The notes under the pieces were generated by a model. It had not been told where the DNA came from. It saw only the letters and a list, made by a program, of their open reading frames with translations, and ran no database searches. From Candidatus Sericytochromatia bacterium (GTDB lineage Bacteria; Cyanobacteriota; Sericytochromatia; S15B-MN24; JAQBPE01), in NCBI GenBank assembly GCA_040400605.1, contig JBBAPZ010000011.1, positions 56,464 through 108,063 on the forward strand: a DNA stretch of 51,600 nucleotides, written 5' to 3'. Shown here piece by piece: positions 8,975 to 19,342 of this stretch. A program made the position numbers and the translations under genes. Numbering within the stretch: the stretch's first letter is position 1; every line of letters starts with the position of its first letter.

Positions 8975-10075
8975 ATGTATATGGAAGAATTGCTGCAGAT
9001 GGTCTTCGACCGTGATGGTTCTGACCTTCATCTGGCGGCCAATGTGCCTCCCATCATACGAATCAACGGTAAGCTCACCAAAACCGATTATGAGCCACTG
9101 ACGGGTGAAGACACGCAGCGTCTCATTTTCAGTATTTTATCCAATGAGCAGCGCAAGCAACTTGAGCAGACATTCGAGTTGGACTGTTCTTATGGGGTGG
9201 TGGGGTTGGGGCGTTTTCGTGTGAATGCGTTCAAGAGCAAAGGTGCTTATTCGGCTGTTTTGCGAACGATTAACTCGAAGGCGCCGAAGCTTGAGGATAT
9301 GGGAATGCCGTCGATTGTCAAGGAGTTGACACACAAGCCACGCGGCATGGTTTTGGTTACGGGGCCGACAGGGTCTGGCAAATCCACGACGCTTGCGGCG
9401 ATGATTGATCACATTAACTCGACGCGAGCAGAGCACATTTTGACGATCGAGGATCCGGTTGAGTTTGTGCATCAATCCAAATTGAGTTTGGTGAACCAGC
9501 GCGAATTGCATGCGGATACGCGTTCGTTCGACAATGCGTTGAAAGCGGCCTTGCGTGAAGACCCAGACGTCATTTTGGTGGGTGAGATGCGGGATCTCGA
9601 AACCATCCGTCTGGCCTTGTCAGCCGCTGAGACGGGACACCTGGTTTTTGGAACCCTTCACACGAGTTCTGCTTCTCAGACGGTTGACCGAATTGTCGAC
9701 GTGTTTCCGCCACACCAACAGCAGCAGATTCGGGTTCAGTTATCTAACTCGTTGGTGGCTGTGCTGTCTCAGGCGTTGGTGCCGAAGGCGGTTGTTGAAC
9801 CGGGAAAACGTGGTCGTGTGATGGCGCAAGAAATCATGATCGTGACGCCGGCTATTGCCAACTTGATACGAGAGGGCAAGACGGCCCAGATATATTCCAG
9901 CATTCAAACGGGAAACAAGTATGGCATGATTACGCTGGAGATGTCGTTACGGGATCTGTATTCGCAAAAACAGATTACTTACGATGATGCATTATCGAAA
10001 TCTTCTCGTCCTGATGATTTGGCTAAGATGTTGGGCGTGCAGCCAACCACAGCCGGGGCTGGTCGGGCCCATTGA
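8975..10075 (+). CDS. pilT: Type IV pilus retraction ATPase
   Basis: GSDLHL, GPTGSGKSTTLAAM, ALREDPDVILVGEMRD, AETGHLV, AIANLIRE. Confidence 0.96.
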   Translation: MYMEELLQMVFDRDGSDLHLAANVPPIIRINGKLTKTDYEPLTGEDTQRLIFSILSNEQRKQLEQTFELDCSYGVVGLGRFRVNAFKSKGAYSAVLRTINSKAPKLEDMGMPSIVKELTHKPRGMVLVTGPTGSGKSTTLAAMIDHINSTRAEHILTIEDPVEFVHQSKLSLVNQRELHADTRSFDNALKAALREDPDVILVGEMRDLETIRLALSAAETGHLVFGTLHTSSASQTVDRIVDVFPPHQQQQIRVQLSNSLVAVLSQALVPKAVVEPGKRGRVMAQEIMIVTPAIANLIREGKTAQIYSSIQTGNKYGMITLEMSLRDLYSQKQITYDDALSKSSRPDDLAKMLGVQPTTAGAGRAH

Positions 10076-10439
10076 GTCGAGGCTTCAAGGTCTCTCATTC
10101 AGAAATGCATTGAGCAGCAATTGAGTTTTTAGCTGGTAGCAAACCGGTGATGTTTCGAATTTGTGATCGAAAAGTGATGCGTTTCATTGGATGTTTGTTA
10201 CCATGGCGAGGGTGTTCCTGTGTGAGGGGCAACGAACGCTCTCGGGTTTCGTGATGGAATTTGGCAATGGGGTTGCGGGCACGCCATAGCAGCCGGCCCT
10301 TCTTGCCTGATGGAATACTTTGGATTCGGCGGTGGTGCCCAAGCCGGTGTGTGGGTGATTTCAAAGCGACACGTGCTTGTTTCGTCTCTTGGCAAATCGG
10401 GCATAGTGACTTTGGCAAATGTTGGGCGCGGAGGGTGAT

Positions 10440-11678
10440 ATGGCAATCAGCTTCGAGGTGAAAGTCCGCGACAGAAGTGGTCGGACTTCGTTGCGAACGA
10501 TCAAGGGCGCCAATGCGGAGGCGGTCAAGCAGAAACTGCAGCAGGCCAACTTTATTGTGATGGGAATCAAGCAAAAGGGTGTCGGGCCAACTTTTGCGAT
10601 CGCAGGACTTCGCAACCGACTGGTCAAGATGCTAGAAGCGAAGCCCAAGCTCAAAGACATCATGATTTTTGCCCGCCAATTTTCGACGATGATCAACGCG
10701 GGTGTCTCACTGGTGCGTTCGTTGGGCATTATGGCCCAGCAGTCAGAGTCAAAATCGCTCCGCGTGATTTTGACTGAAGTCAAAGATCACGTTGAACAGG
10801 GGCAGTCGCTCTCGGAGGCAATGTCACGTTATCCAGCGGTTTTCGATAACCTGTTTTGCGGCATGATCAAAGCAGGTGAAGCAGGCGGTGTATTGGATGC
10901 CGTGTTGCTGCGCGTGGCGGGTTTTCTGGAAAGTCAGGCCCGTTTGAACGCGCAGATAAAAAGCGCAGCCGCTTATCCCATCGGCGTCTTGATTTTCGCA
11001 TCACTGATTTCGTTGGGGATGTTGATGTTCATCATTCCGATGTTCGGCGGCATGTTTGAGCAGATGGGTGCGAAATTGCCAGCGTATACCCAGTTTCTGG
11101 TTGATGTTTCAAAATTTCTGACGTCGCCCCAGGTTGTGTTTGTGCCGTTGGTTTTGGGAGGCCTTGCGTGGGCGTTCAAAATGTTCAAGAGCACGCCCAG
11201 TGGGGCTTTGCTCATTGATACATACGCACTCAAACTGCCGGTTATGGGTGATTTGATACGCAAAGTCTCGGTGGCACGATTCTCAAGAACCCTTGGTACC
11301 TTGTTGAAGTCAGGTGTCCCTTTGATGTCGGCGATTGAAATCACGCGGGATTCCATCGGCAATCTGGTGATCATGAACGTGATGGAATCCTTGCGATTGG
11401 CTGTCAGTGAGGGTGAGGGTCTAACGAAACCCTTGGAACGGGCTGGCGTTTTTCCCCCGATGGTGGTGCAAATGGTGGCAATCGGTGAGGAGACCGGTTC
11501 TATTGATGCGATGCTCGAAAAAGTGGCTGATTTTTATGATGAAGAAGTTGAGAATGCGGTGAAGGCGTTGACTTCTTTGCTTGAGCCGGCGATGATGGTT
11601 TTGATCGGCGGACTTGTGGGTTCCATTGTTGTGGGTATGTACCTGCCTATTTTCGATATTGTCAACAAAATCAAGTAG
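10440..11678 (+). CDS. pilC: Type IV pilus inner-membrane platform protein
   Basis: FARQFSTMINAGV, AGEAGGVLD, GEETGSIDAML, LLEP...MYLPIF; ATG 10440 after GGAGGG. Confidence 0.95.
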   Translation: MAISFEVKVRDRSGRTSLRTIKGANAEAVKQKLQQANFIVMGIKQKGVGPTFAIAGLRNRLVKMLEAKPKLKDIMIFARQFSTMINAGVSLVRSLGIMAQQSESKSLRVILTEVKDHVEQGQSLSEAMSRYPAVFDNLFCGMIKAGEAGGVLDAVLLRVAGFLESQARLNAQIKSAAAYPIGVLIFASLISLGMLMFIIPMFGGMFEQMGAKLPAYTQFLVDVSKFLTSPQVVFVPLVLGGLAWAFKMFKSTPSGALLIDTYALKLPVMGDLIRKVSVARFSRTLGTLLKSGVPLMSAIEITRDSIGNLVIMNVMESLRLAVSEGEGLTKPLERAGVFPPMVVQMVAIGEETGSIDAMLEKVADFYDEEVENAVKALTSLLEPAMMVLIGGLVGSIVVGMYLPIFDIVNKIK

Positions 11679-11695
11679 GACATGTTGGCGAAAGG

Positions 11696-12439
11696 ATGGG
11701 AACTGTGGAGACGCTTGTCTCGGCTGAGTCGGTTGCGGTGGGTGTGGGTCTTGATCAGGATTCGTGCGTCAAACACTACGCATCACTCATTAAAAGCTTG
11801 GCTCGGCACTTTTCACGTGGTCGCCAGGATCTTTATGATGATCTGTTTCAGGTAGGACAGATTGCACTGCTGCGTGCAAGTCGTCGTTTTGATTCATCGT
11901 ATGGCAGAAGTTTTGAGTCATTCGTCAAGACGACGGTCGTCAGTGATATTCGTCATTATCTGCGAGATTACGTGCCGTTGGTACGTCCGCCGCGTGAATT
12001 GCTGGAGTATCGTTCACGTGTCTTGGAGGCCCAACATGCGCTATCGCAGCAAGGCATTGCTGCCGACTCGGCTGCGATTGCCGTTTCGTTGGGGCTCAGC
12101 GAGCAAAAAGTGGATGCCGTGCTTAACTTGGAGGCATCAATTCAGGGTGTTTCAATCGATGCGGTTGACGAGCAGTTGGAAAAGGGGGGCGTGGTTTATC
12201 AATTGGTTGATCAGCGCTACCAGAGTTTTCAATTGGCGGCAGAGGATCGCATCGTGATTTCGCAAGCGTTGGAAAACCTGAACGACATCTCGCGTGCTGT
12301 CGTTGAATTCACTTTTTATGAGGATCTCACACAGACAGAGATCGCCTCACGACTGGGTATCAGCCAAATGCAGGTTAGCCGACGCTTAAAAAAAGCGATG
12401 GGCGAGTTGTGGCGTATGTGTAACACCAAAGTGTTTTGA
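11696..12439 (+). CDS. sigF: Alternative sigma factor, SigB/SigF/SigG family, most like cyanobacterial SigF
   Basis: Region 2 DDLFQVGQIAL...IRHYLRD; region 4 DLTQTEIASRLGISQMQVSR; YQSFQLAAEDR resembles the cyanobacterial SigF segment YRSFQLAQED (recalled, not searched). Confidence 0.75.
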   Translation: MGTVETLVSAESVAVGVGLDQDSCVKHYASLIKSLARHFSRGRQDLYDDLFQVGQIALLRASRRFDSSYGRSFESFVKTTVVSDIRHYLRDYVPLVRPPRELLEYRSRVLEAQHALSQQGIAADSAAIAVSLGLSEQKVDAVLNLEASIQGVSIDAVDEQLEKGGVVYQLVDQRYQSFQLAAEDRIVISQALENLNDISRAVVEFTFYEDLTQTEIASRLGISQMQVSRRLKKAMGELWRMCNTKVF

Positions 12440-12487
12440 AACGCGATTTTGACCCGCTAACAAGACTGTCAAGGATTATTTTGAGGC

Positions 12488-13189
12488 GTGCGGCATTCCA
12501 TCTATAGTGTCATATTCGAACAGGCATATGAACTGGAAGCGGACGAACGGTATCAAGACGCGCTTCATTTGCTGTATCAAGGTGTGCGATGGGCCGATGC
12601 TGATGCTGTTTGGTGGGAACGTCTGGCAATCCTGTGCTTTATCATGGCAGGGACTGATTGGCCCGCTAGAAAAAACCTTTCGCACACCCATTTGGCGGAT
12701 ATGGGTTATGTCAATGCTGTGCCATACCTCAGCCAGGCACTGCTGCTTGCGCCAGATTGCGCCCGGTTGCATTTTTTTCGGGGATGGTTTCATTTCAAGT
12801 TAAAAGATGATCGCGACGCAGCCGGGCAAGCATTGGCCAAGGCTCTGCAACTGGAGCCCGAACATCCCTACGCGTGGGCGGCGTTGGCCCGCCTGGAAAT
12901 GACAGGCCAAGAGAGTGGGTATGAACAGCGCGCACTGGATCACTTAGCGCGGGCGTCGGCGAGTTTGCCCGAGAGCGCCCGTTTTTTTTACGAACAGGGG
13001 GCGCTTTTGATGGGTTTGGGGGAATATGACAGAGCGGAGCAGTATTTTTTGTGCGCTTGCACACGCCAGGGGTTGACTGTTCCCAAGACTGCTGCCGGGC
13101 GCTATTTATCGGCTGAATTTCACGGAAACGCCCACCAGGTTAGAGACTGGATTACCCAGTATTACCCGACGTGTCGCATTGAGCGTTAA
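12488..13189 (+). CDS. Tetratricopeptide-repeat protein
   Basis: TPR-like helical pairs: ALLLAPDCARLHFFRG, ALQLEPEHPYAWAALA, ARFFYEQGALLMGLGEYDRA. Confidence 0.75.
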   Translation: MRHSIYSVIFEQAYELEADERYQDALHLLYQGVRWADADAVWWERLAILCFIMAGTDWPARKNLSHTHLADMGYVNAVPYLSQALLLAPDCARLHFFRGWFHFKLKDDRDAAGQALAKALQLEPEHPYAWAALARLEMTGQESGYEQRALDHLARASASLPESARFFYEQGALLMGLGEYDRAEQYFLCACTRQGLTVPKTAAGRYLSAEFHGNAHQVRDWITQYYPTCRIER

Positions 13190-13248
13190 ACGGCATTCAG
13201 TGAAGTCTAACCCGTGTAACAAGCAGGACACGCCTACGGGGGTAAGAA

Positions 13249-14622
13249 GTGGCATTTTATTTAAATAACGTTTTGAGATGGCTGTGCTGTGTATTGCTTG
13301 GTTGTTCGTTAGGACTTTCAGATTCGCCTATGGTGGAAGCTTTTACGACCGTGCCTGCTGCGGGCGTACCACCTGCGCCGGTTGGTCAATCAACATTTTT
13401 TTGGGGTGTGTCGCTATCGGGTTATCAAAACGATGGTGCCAGTCCTGCGATGGATTGGCATGCGATGGAACAAAGTGGCAGGTTACCGAATCGGTCCGGT
13501 TTGGGGCCTGATTTCAGGGGCCACATGGATCAAGATTTGGATCTTGCGCAGAGTTTGGGGCTTAATGCATTTCGAACCAGTCTGGAGTGGGCCAGGCTTG
13601 AGCCAGAGCCAGGACGTTTTGACCCTGAGGAGGTTGCCTACGTCCACCGCTTGCTGCAAGGAATACGCAAGCGCGGGATGGAACCCATCATCACCTTGCA
13701 CCATTTTGCCACGCCAAGCTGGGTCTTTCACAACAAGGGTAACGGTTCGATTGGTTGGGAGAGCCCGGAGACCGTCCAGGCTTACTGGCGTTATGTTGAG
13801 TTTGTCGTCGAAGAGTTTGGCTCGCAAATTGATTATTATATAACCTTTAACGAACCGTCGACTTTGACGCTCGGCGCTTATTTCATGGGTTGGACCACGC
13901 CTTTTCGCACCGGTCCAGTTGCCGGCATCAATGCGTTTTCACAGATATGGGACGCTCATGCGGGTGCTTATGCTCGCATTCATCAGCGTGATCCATCGGC
14001 ACGGGTGTCGATCGCAGAATACAATTGCCGATTTCCTTTAATGGGCGACCTCTATTTTCACTTCATGCCAGGGCATGCAGCCGGTTACTTGATGCAGCAG
14101 GCCAGAGGGTGGGATGGCCGAAACAGATCGGCTAATCTGGATTACATCGTGATTCACTATTATGGCATCGTCAGTGCCGAAGCCGCGACCAAGTTTCCAG
14201 TCGAACCCTATCGCTGGCTGGTGTCGCCGGCAGACCTCGGGAAAATCGTCAAAGCCTATCACGATATGTATCATTTGCCCATTTTGATTGGTGAAAACGG
14301 ACTCGCAACCCGGGATGGTGCCGTGCGCGCAGATGGCTGGACACGCGAAAGCTATCTTGTCGCACACGTGAAAGAAATCGAGCGCTTGCGAGAGGAAGGC
14401 ATTCCCATTTTTGGATACCTGCACTGGACTTTAACTGACAACTATGAGTGGGGCAGCTATTCTCCTCGTTTTGGGTTATGGCAGGTGGACATCAGTAAAG
14501 GGAATCTTAGCCGACAAGAAACGCCGGCTGTTGACGTCTATCGTGAGATCATTCGACAGCGTGGTGTCACAGATGACTTGTTGCGACGCTACCCGCCTCC
14601 TCGGCGCAAAGGGGGGGCGTGA
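13249..14622 (+). CDS. Glycoside hydrolase family 1 with a probable signal peptide
   Basis: FRTSLEWARLEP, TLHHF, catalytic TFNEP and IGENG, WTLTDNYEW, RFGL; hydrophobic N-terminus. Confidence 0.9.
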   Translation: MAFYLNNVLRWLCCVLLGCSLGLSDSPMVEAFTTVPAAGVPPAPVGQSTFFWGVSLSGYQNDGASPAMDWHAMEQSGRLPNRSGLGPDFRGHMDQDLDLAQSLGLNAFRTSLEWARLEPEPGRFDPEEVAYVHRLLQGIRKRGMEPIITLHHFATPSWVFHNKGNGSIGWESPETVQAYWRYVEFVVEEFGSQIDYYITFNEPSTLTLGAYFMGWTTPFRTGPVAGINAFSQIWDAHAGAYARIHQRDPSARVSIAEYNCRFPLMGDLYFHFMPGHAAGYLMQQARGWDGRNRSANLDYIVIHYYGIVSAEAATKFPVEPYRWLVSPADLGKIVKAYHDMYHLPILIGENGLATRDGAVRADGWTRESYLVAHVKEIERLREEGIPIFGYLHWTLTDNYEWGSYSPRFGLWQVDISKGNLSRQETPAVDVYREIIRQRGVTDDLLRRYPPPRRKGGA

Positions 14623-14791
14623 ATCAAAAGCTGCGTTGTCATCTCAATTCGTCATTTGCACGTTTGGCACCCACCACGCGGGCGTTGTGGTCACTCAGCC
14701 CATCGACAGTCGTTCGAAGTCTGTTAAGCTGAATGACGTTGGGGTGAGGGTGGGCGTCCGATGAGCTCATCGTGGGAAAGGAAGCGGGGTT

Positions 14792-15148
14792 ATGCGGCTT
14801 TATGTGATGAGTGAAACACTCAATCCAGATGGAACGATTCAAGAAACGCGCGAACGTCAGCTGGTGATGCGATCGCCAAACGACGCCAGTATCATTCAGG
14901 AACGCTTACACGCCTTGCTTCCAAGCTTGGCTGCCTTGTGCGCGATACCGGCTCCTGCTCACGAAGCCAATCTCAAAGCGTTCCTTAATCAGATCTTGAC
15001 CGACGCGAGCATACCTGATGAACAGACTGCTGATACCCTGCAAAACGATGACACTTTAACGCTGAAGATTTTTCGCGTTAGCCAAAGTGGTGACAATCAG
15101 CATGTTTGCCAGTTGCGTTACGAGTTTATGACGGATCAAAAAGCGTAA
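14792..15148 (+). CDS. Hypothetical protein
   Basis: 118-aa ORF filling the gap between co-oriented genes, with a purine-rich SD; no motif recognised. Confidence 0.6.
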   Translation: MRLYVMSETLNPDGTIQETRERQLVMRSPNDASIIQERLHALLPSLAALCAIPAPAHEANLKAFLNQILTDASIPDEQTADTLQNDDTLTLKIFRVSQSGDNQHVCQLRYEFMTDQKA

Positions 15149-15218
15149 ACATCCGGTGTTCGGATCAGCGGTCAGAAGCCTTCAAATGGCTGTATGATGA
15201 GGGAAGAGGTTCAGCCAC

Positions 15219-16787
15219 ATGTCGCGTGAGGAGAATGGTATACAGTTTCAAGACGGTGCGGATGCCATTACGTTCCCTTTGTGGCCGTATCTGGATAGCC
15301 TTTTTCGTTGGGTCGAATCTCAGCCATCATTCAGGACACAACTGAAACAGGCTTGGCGTCAATTCTCTCCTGATGCGGGCGTTTTGCCTGATTGGGTGCA
15401 GGTGCATCGGGAACCTGACATCTTTGAACGGCTTTGTCGCTTTATGGCTTGGTTTTGTTTGGATCGTCCCTTGGGTGCAGGGGGCGAAATGCCGATTCAG
15501 CGTTTTTTGGCGGCGCATCTGGCTGATTTGACCGTAGAGGGGCGCACCATCTACGAAGATTTGACGCGAACTGTCTACGGTGTGTTCAAGGTGCACATTC
15601 AGTTTCGTCTTCCGATTCTTGAACACGTCGACTCGGGTCGACGCTACTCCCTGGAGCCCATTGAAATCGCGACTGAACTACAGGTAGGCGACTGGGTAGC
15701 TGGTCGTATTTATCCGTTCGGCGAAAAGTATTTGCTGGATTTGGATGCGCACGTGGGTCATATCAGTGAGTCGCTGGCCGGGAGTCCACTGGACGCGTGT
15801 GACGTTGAGCGCCGTTATTTCGGTAAATTGGTCTCGGCACAGGGGCCTTTGCCTGATGTTTTGGATGCGCTTCTGATGCAGATCGGCAGTCCGCTAACGG
15901 CCGAGGACGTCTATGAAATTTTGCGGCAACACACAAAGTTTGAATCGTTTATGGATGCGTTGTACGATTCACCGGCGTATCGTTTGCGTTATTTGCATTT
16001 GCGGGATCGACGCCTGTTGGCGGAATTGATGCAAGAGTTGTGGGATACCGCGGGACCGCTTGAGGATGCGGCACTGGAGCCTGAAGATGCTTTGTCGTTG
16101 GCACGGGCGGTTCGAGAAGGCTTAAGGGCGATTGCTGAAGAAAATTCAGCTACGCTGTTGGCTTACGCGGATCACGGGGCCTTTATTCCCTTGTACCTTG
16201 ACCTGTTTGGTATCAAAGCCATGAAGCGTTTGGTGGATGTCGCGCACGGGGGCCCCGATACGCCAATCAGAACCCAACATAAGGCTTTGCCGCACGATGG
16301 CGGCGTATTCACCACGTTGTCGTGGGGACAGGCCAATGACCGTCGTTCGGCGGGCTTTGTGGCAAAAAAAATGGCGGACGGTCAATGGCGCCTGCAAGAC
16401 ATTTCCGTTCCGGAAAACAGTGCGCCAGCGGTCATCATGGCGTTCGAACGGGCCCAAACGTTGGGGTGGGGTCCCAATCCGCCTGAAGATGAGGTGGAGA
16501 CCTTATTGCGCAAGACGGTCATGGAGTTTGCCTATGGTGTTCACGATGCGTTGGATTTGTTCCGGATTTGGCGGGATTTCAAGCGCACGGTTCAACCGGA
16601 TTTGTCGCAACCTGCTATTTGGGCGGCTGGCGTTGAATTGATCGATTTGCGGTATCGTAATGAAAGTGTCGATGTGTTGATGCTCGCGCGTTCATACGGT
16701 GTGATGCCGGCTGCGATTGAACGGGCTGCGCAGCAGATCGATGAAACCATGCAAACCTTGCATATGCCGGGCGAAGGTCGTCAATAA
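15219..16787 (+). CDS. Hypothetical protein (multi-domain, C-terminal WAAxVE helical motif)
   Basis: 522-aa ORF with an AGAGG SD, converging on the HMG-CoA lyase gene; family not confidently recognised. Confidence 0.75.
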   Translation: MSREENGIQFQDGADAITFPLWPYLDSLFRWVESQPSFRTQLKQAWRQFSPDAGVLPDWVQVHREPDIFERLCRFMAWFCLDRPLGAGGEMPIQRFLAAHLADLTVEGRTIYEDLTRTVYGVFKVHIQFRLPILEHVDSGRRYSLEPIEIATELQVGDWVAGRIYPFGEKYLLDLDAHVGHISESLAGSPLDACDVERRYFGKLVSAQGPLPDVLDALLMQIGSPLTAEDVYEILRQHTKFESFMDALYDSPAYRLRYLHLRDRRLLAELMQELWDTAGPLEDAALEPEDALSLARAVREGLRAIAEENSATLLAYADHGAFIPLYLDLFGIKAMKRLVDVAHGGPDTPIRTQHKALPHDGGVFTTLSWGQANDRRSAGFVAKKMADGQWRLQDISVPENSAPAVIMAFERAQTLGWGPNPPEDEVETLLRKTVMEFAYGVHDALDLFRIWRDFKRTVQPDLSQPAIWAAGVELIDLRYRNESVDVLMLARSYGVMPAAIERAAQQIDETMQTLHMPGEGRQ

Positions 16788-16796
16788 AGCAAGCAC

Positions 16797-17720
16797 TCAA
16801 AAGCACTGTCCGTTTTTGGCGAACAGTCTGGCGCGAAGGTATCGACTGGGCAATTCTCGATTGAGCACTTGAACCATTCGCTGTGAGGCGTGGATCACGC
16901 GATCGAGATCGATTCCTGTTTCGATGCCCATTTCGCCTAACATGTACAGCAGGTCTTCGGTTGCAATGTTTCCACTCGCTCCCGGCGCGTATGGGCACCC
17001 GCCGAGGCCGCCAAGGCTGCTATCATAGGTTGTGATTCCCATGTCCAAGCCCGCCAGAACATTCGCCATGCCCATGCCCCGAGTATCGTGAAAATGCAGG
17101 GCCAATTGCGGATGCCCAAAACGGGCCAAAAGGGCTTCCAACACACGTTGAACCCGTAGTGGCGTCGCCGCACCAATCGTATCGCCTAACGATACCTGAT
17201 AAACGCCCATCGACAAAAGGCGCTCTGTGACCAGTTCCACGTTTGACAACGCAACGGCACCTTCGTAAGGGCAACCCCACACCGTGGAGACATACGCACG
17301 GACACGTTTCTGTGCGCGTTGTGCCTCTTGCACGACCTCAGCATAGGCATCCAACGACGGACCAATGTCCCGATTCGTATTCCGACGGGAAAAAGTCTCG
17401 GACGCAGACGCAAAAATCACAACTTCGTCGATCGGCGCTGCAAGTGCAGCCGCAAGTCCCCGCATATTCGGAACCAGTGCACTGAACACAACACCTGGTC
17501 GACGTTTGGCAAGGGTTGCCACCTCAGTGGCATCGGCGAGTTGCGGTACCCATTTGGGGTTGACGAAAGACGTGATCTCGAGATGGGAATACCCTGCCTG
17601 TGAAAGGTCGTCGATCAACGCAACCTTCTGGGCGGTTGCAACCACTTCTGGCTCACTTTGCAAGCCATCCCGCGGGCCAACCTCGATCACCGTCACCTTT
17701 GACGGGAGCGATGACAGCAT
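16797..17720 (-). CDS. Hydroxymethylglutaryl-CoA lyase
   Basis: EVGPRDGLQ, SFVNPKWVPQLAD, GCPYEG, SLGDTIG, HFHDTRG, GGCPYAPGASGNIATEDL. Confidence 0.95.
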   Translation of the reverse strand: MLSSLPSKVTVIEVGPRDGLQSEPEVVATAQKVALIDDLSQAGYSHLEITSFVNPKWVPQLADATEVATLAKRRPGVVFSALVPNMRGLAAALAAPIDEVVIFASASETFSRRNTNRDIGPSLDAYAEVVQEAQRAQKRVRAYVSTVWGCPYEGAVALSNVELVTERLLSMGVYQVSLGDTIGAATPLRVQRVLEALLARFGHPQLALHFHDTRGMGMANVLAGLDMGITTYDSSLGGLGGCPYAPGASGNIATEDLLYMLGEMGIETGIDLDRVIHASQRMVQVLNRELPSRYLRARLFAKNGQCF

Positions 17721-17722
17721 GG

Positions 17723-17935
17723 CTAAGCCAAAATGATCAAGGGATCGCCCTCGTTGACGAAATCCCCAGCACTCACCTTAATCTCAGCGACTGTGCCATC
17801 CAAATCCGACGCGATAAACATCTGCATCTTCATTGATTCAATACACACCACATCGGTGCCTTCAGCAACTGTTTCGCCAGCACTCACCAAAACATCAATC
17901 ACGGTGCCAGCCATGTTTGCCAAAATCTCAGGCAT
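17723..17935 (-). CDS. Biotin carboxyl carrier protein (standalone, 70 aa)
   Basis: ESMKM biotinylation motif and GDFVNEGDPL. Confidence 0.92.
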   Translation of the reverse strand: MPEILANMAGTVIDVLVSAGETVAEGTDVVCIESMKMQMFIASDLDGTVAEIKVSAGDFVNEGDPLIILA

Positions 17936-17983
17936 ATCGCCATCCTTTCATCGCCCGTTACCGGTTAAAACAGAATACACGAT

Positions 17984-19342
17984 TCAACTGACGGCAACCG
18001 AAGTCGCCCGAAGCCTCGTGGGAATAAAATCGGTATCATACGTTCCTGCCAGAAATTCCGGATGTTTCATAATGTCAAGCAACGTCGCGCAATTGGTTTT
18101 AATGCCGCTGACCTCCGTGTCTTCCAGCACTCGGTTCATTCGTGCGATCGCTGACTCCCGGTCATGGTCCCACACAATCAATTTAGCCAGCATCGGATCA
18201 TAGTGCGGCGTCACCAGAGTGTCTTGACTCACCCAACCATCGACACGAAGATTCGCATCATGCCCCCACCTCAGACCGGTTATCTGACCCGGCGAAGGCA
18301 TAAACGTTTTCGGGTCTTCAGCATAAACACGCACTTCGATCGCGTGCCCCTTCACGTGAAGGTCGGCTTGAGCAAATGACAAGGGCAAACCGGCAGCGAC
18401 CTTAATTTGCTCTGCGACGAGGTCCACGCCCGTAATGGCCTCCGTCACGGGATGTTCAACCTGAATACGGGTGTTCATCTCCAAAAAATAAAAATTATGC
18501 GCGGCATCCACTAAAAATTCCATGGTCCCAGCGTTGGTGTATCCCAATGCCCGTGCAGCCTCGACGGCCACAGCACCCATTCGTTGTCGTACCGATTCAG
18601 GTAAATTGGGAGCGGGTGCTTCTTCAACCACTTTTTGATGACGACGCTGGACTGAACAGTCCCGTTCAAACAAATGAACAACATTCCCGTGATGATCCGC
18701 CATGACCTGCACTTCGATGTGACGCGGATTTTGTATCAACTTCTCGACATACATGCTGTCATCGCCAAAATAGGCCTTGGCACGCGCCGTGGACATTTTC
18801 CACGCTTTTTCAAGCTCCGATGCATCCGTCAACGCCTGCATTCCGATACCGCCACCCCCTGCGGAAGCTTTCAACATCACTGGGTAGCCCAAGTTTTGGG
18901 CGATCGCACCGGCCGCTTCAAGATCCGCCGCACGTCCGGGCGAACCCGGCACCACCGGCACCCCCACCGACTGCATCGTCTCGCGCGCACGGGTCTTGCT
19001 TCCCATCGCCTCAATCAACTCGGGTGAAGGACCGATAAAAACAAGCCCTGATTCCGCACAACGGCGTGCAAATCCGGCGTTTTCAGATAAGAGGCCATAG
19101 CCCGGATGCACGGCATCACAACCCGTTGCTTGGGCAATCTCCAAAATGCGGTCCACATTCAAGTAACTCTGTGGCACCGGTGCAGGTCCCACCAAAAACG
19201 CTTCATTGGCCGCTGTTACGTGTGGCGCATTCGCATCCGCTTCAGAATGGATCGCAACTGACGCGATTCCCAACTTTTCACACGCCCGGATAACCCGCAA
19301 CGCGATTTCACCCCGATTGGCAATCAAAATTTTCTTGAACAC
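17984..19342 (-). CDS. Biotin carboxylase subunit of an acyl-CoA carboxylase
   Basis: KILIANRGEIA, HPGYG, KASAGGGG, ERDCSVQRRHQK, EMNTRIQVEHPVTE. Confidence 0.95.
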   Translation of the reverse strand: MFKKILIANRGEIALRVIRACEKLGIASVAIHSEADANAPHVTAANEAFLVGPAPVPQSYLNVDRILEIAQATGCDAVHPGYGLLSENAGFARRCAESGLVFIGPSPELIEAMGSKTRARETMQSVGVPVVPGSPGRAADLEAAGAIAQNLGYPVMLKASAGGGGIGMQALTDASELEKAWKMSTARAKAYFGDDSMYVEKLIQNPRHIEVQVMADHHGNVVHLFERDCSVQRRHQKVVEEAPAPNLPESVRQRMGAVAVEAARALGYTNAGTMEFLVDAAHNFYFLEMNTRIQVEHPVTEAITGVDLVAEQIKVAAGLPLSFAQADLHVKGHAIEVRVYAEDPKTFMPSPGQITGLRWGHDANLRVDGWVSQDTLVTPHYDPMLAKLIVWDHDRESAIARMNRVLEDTEVSGIKTNCATLLDIMKHPEFLAGTYDTDFIPTRLRATSVAVS

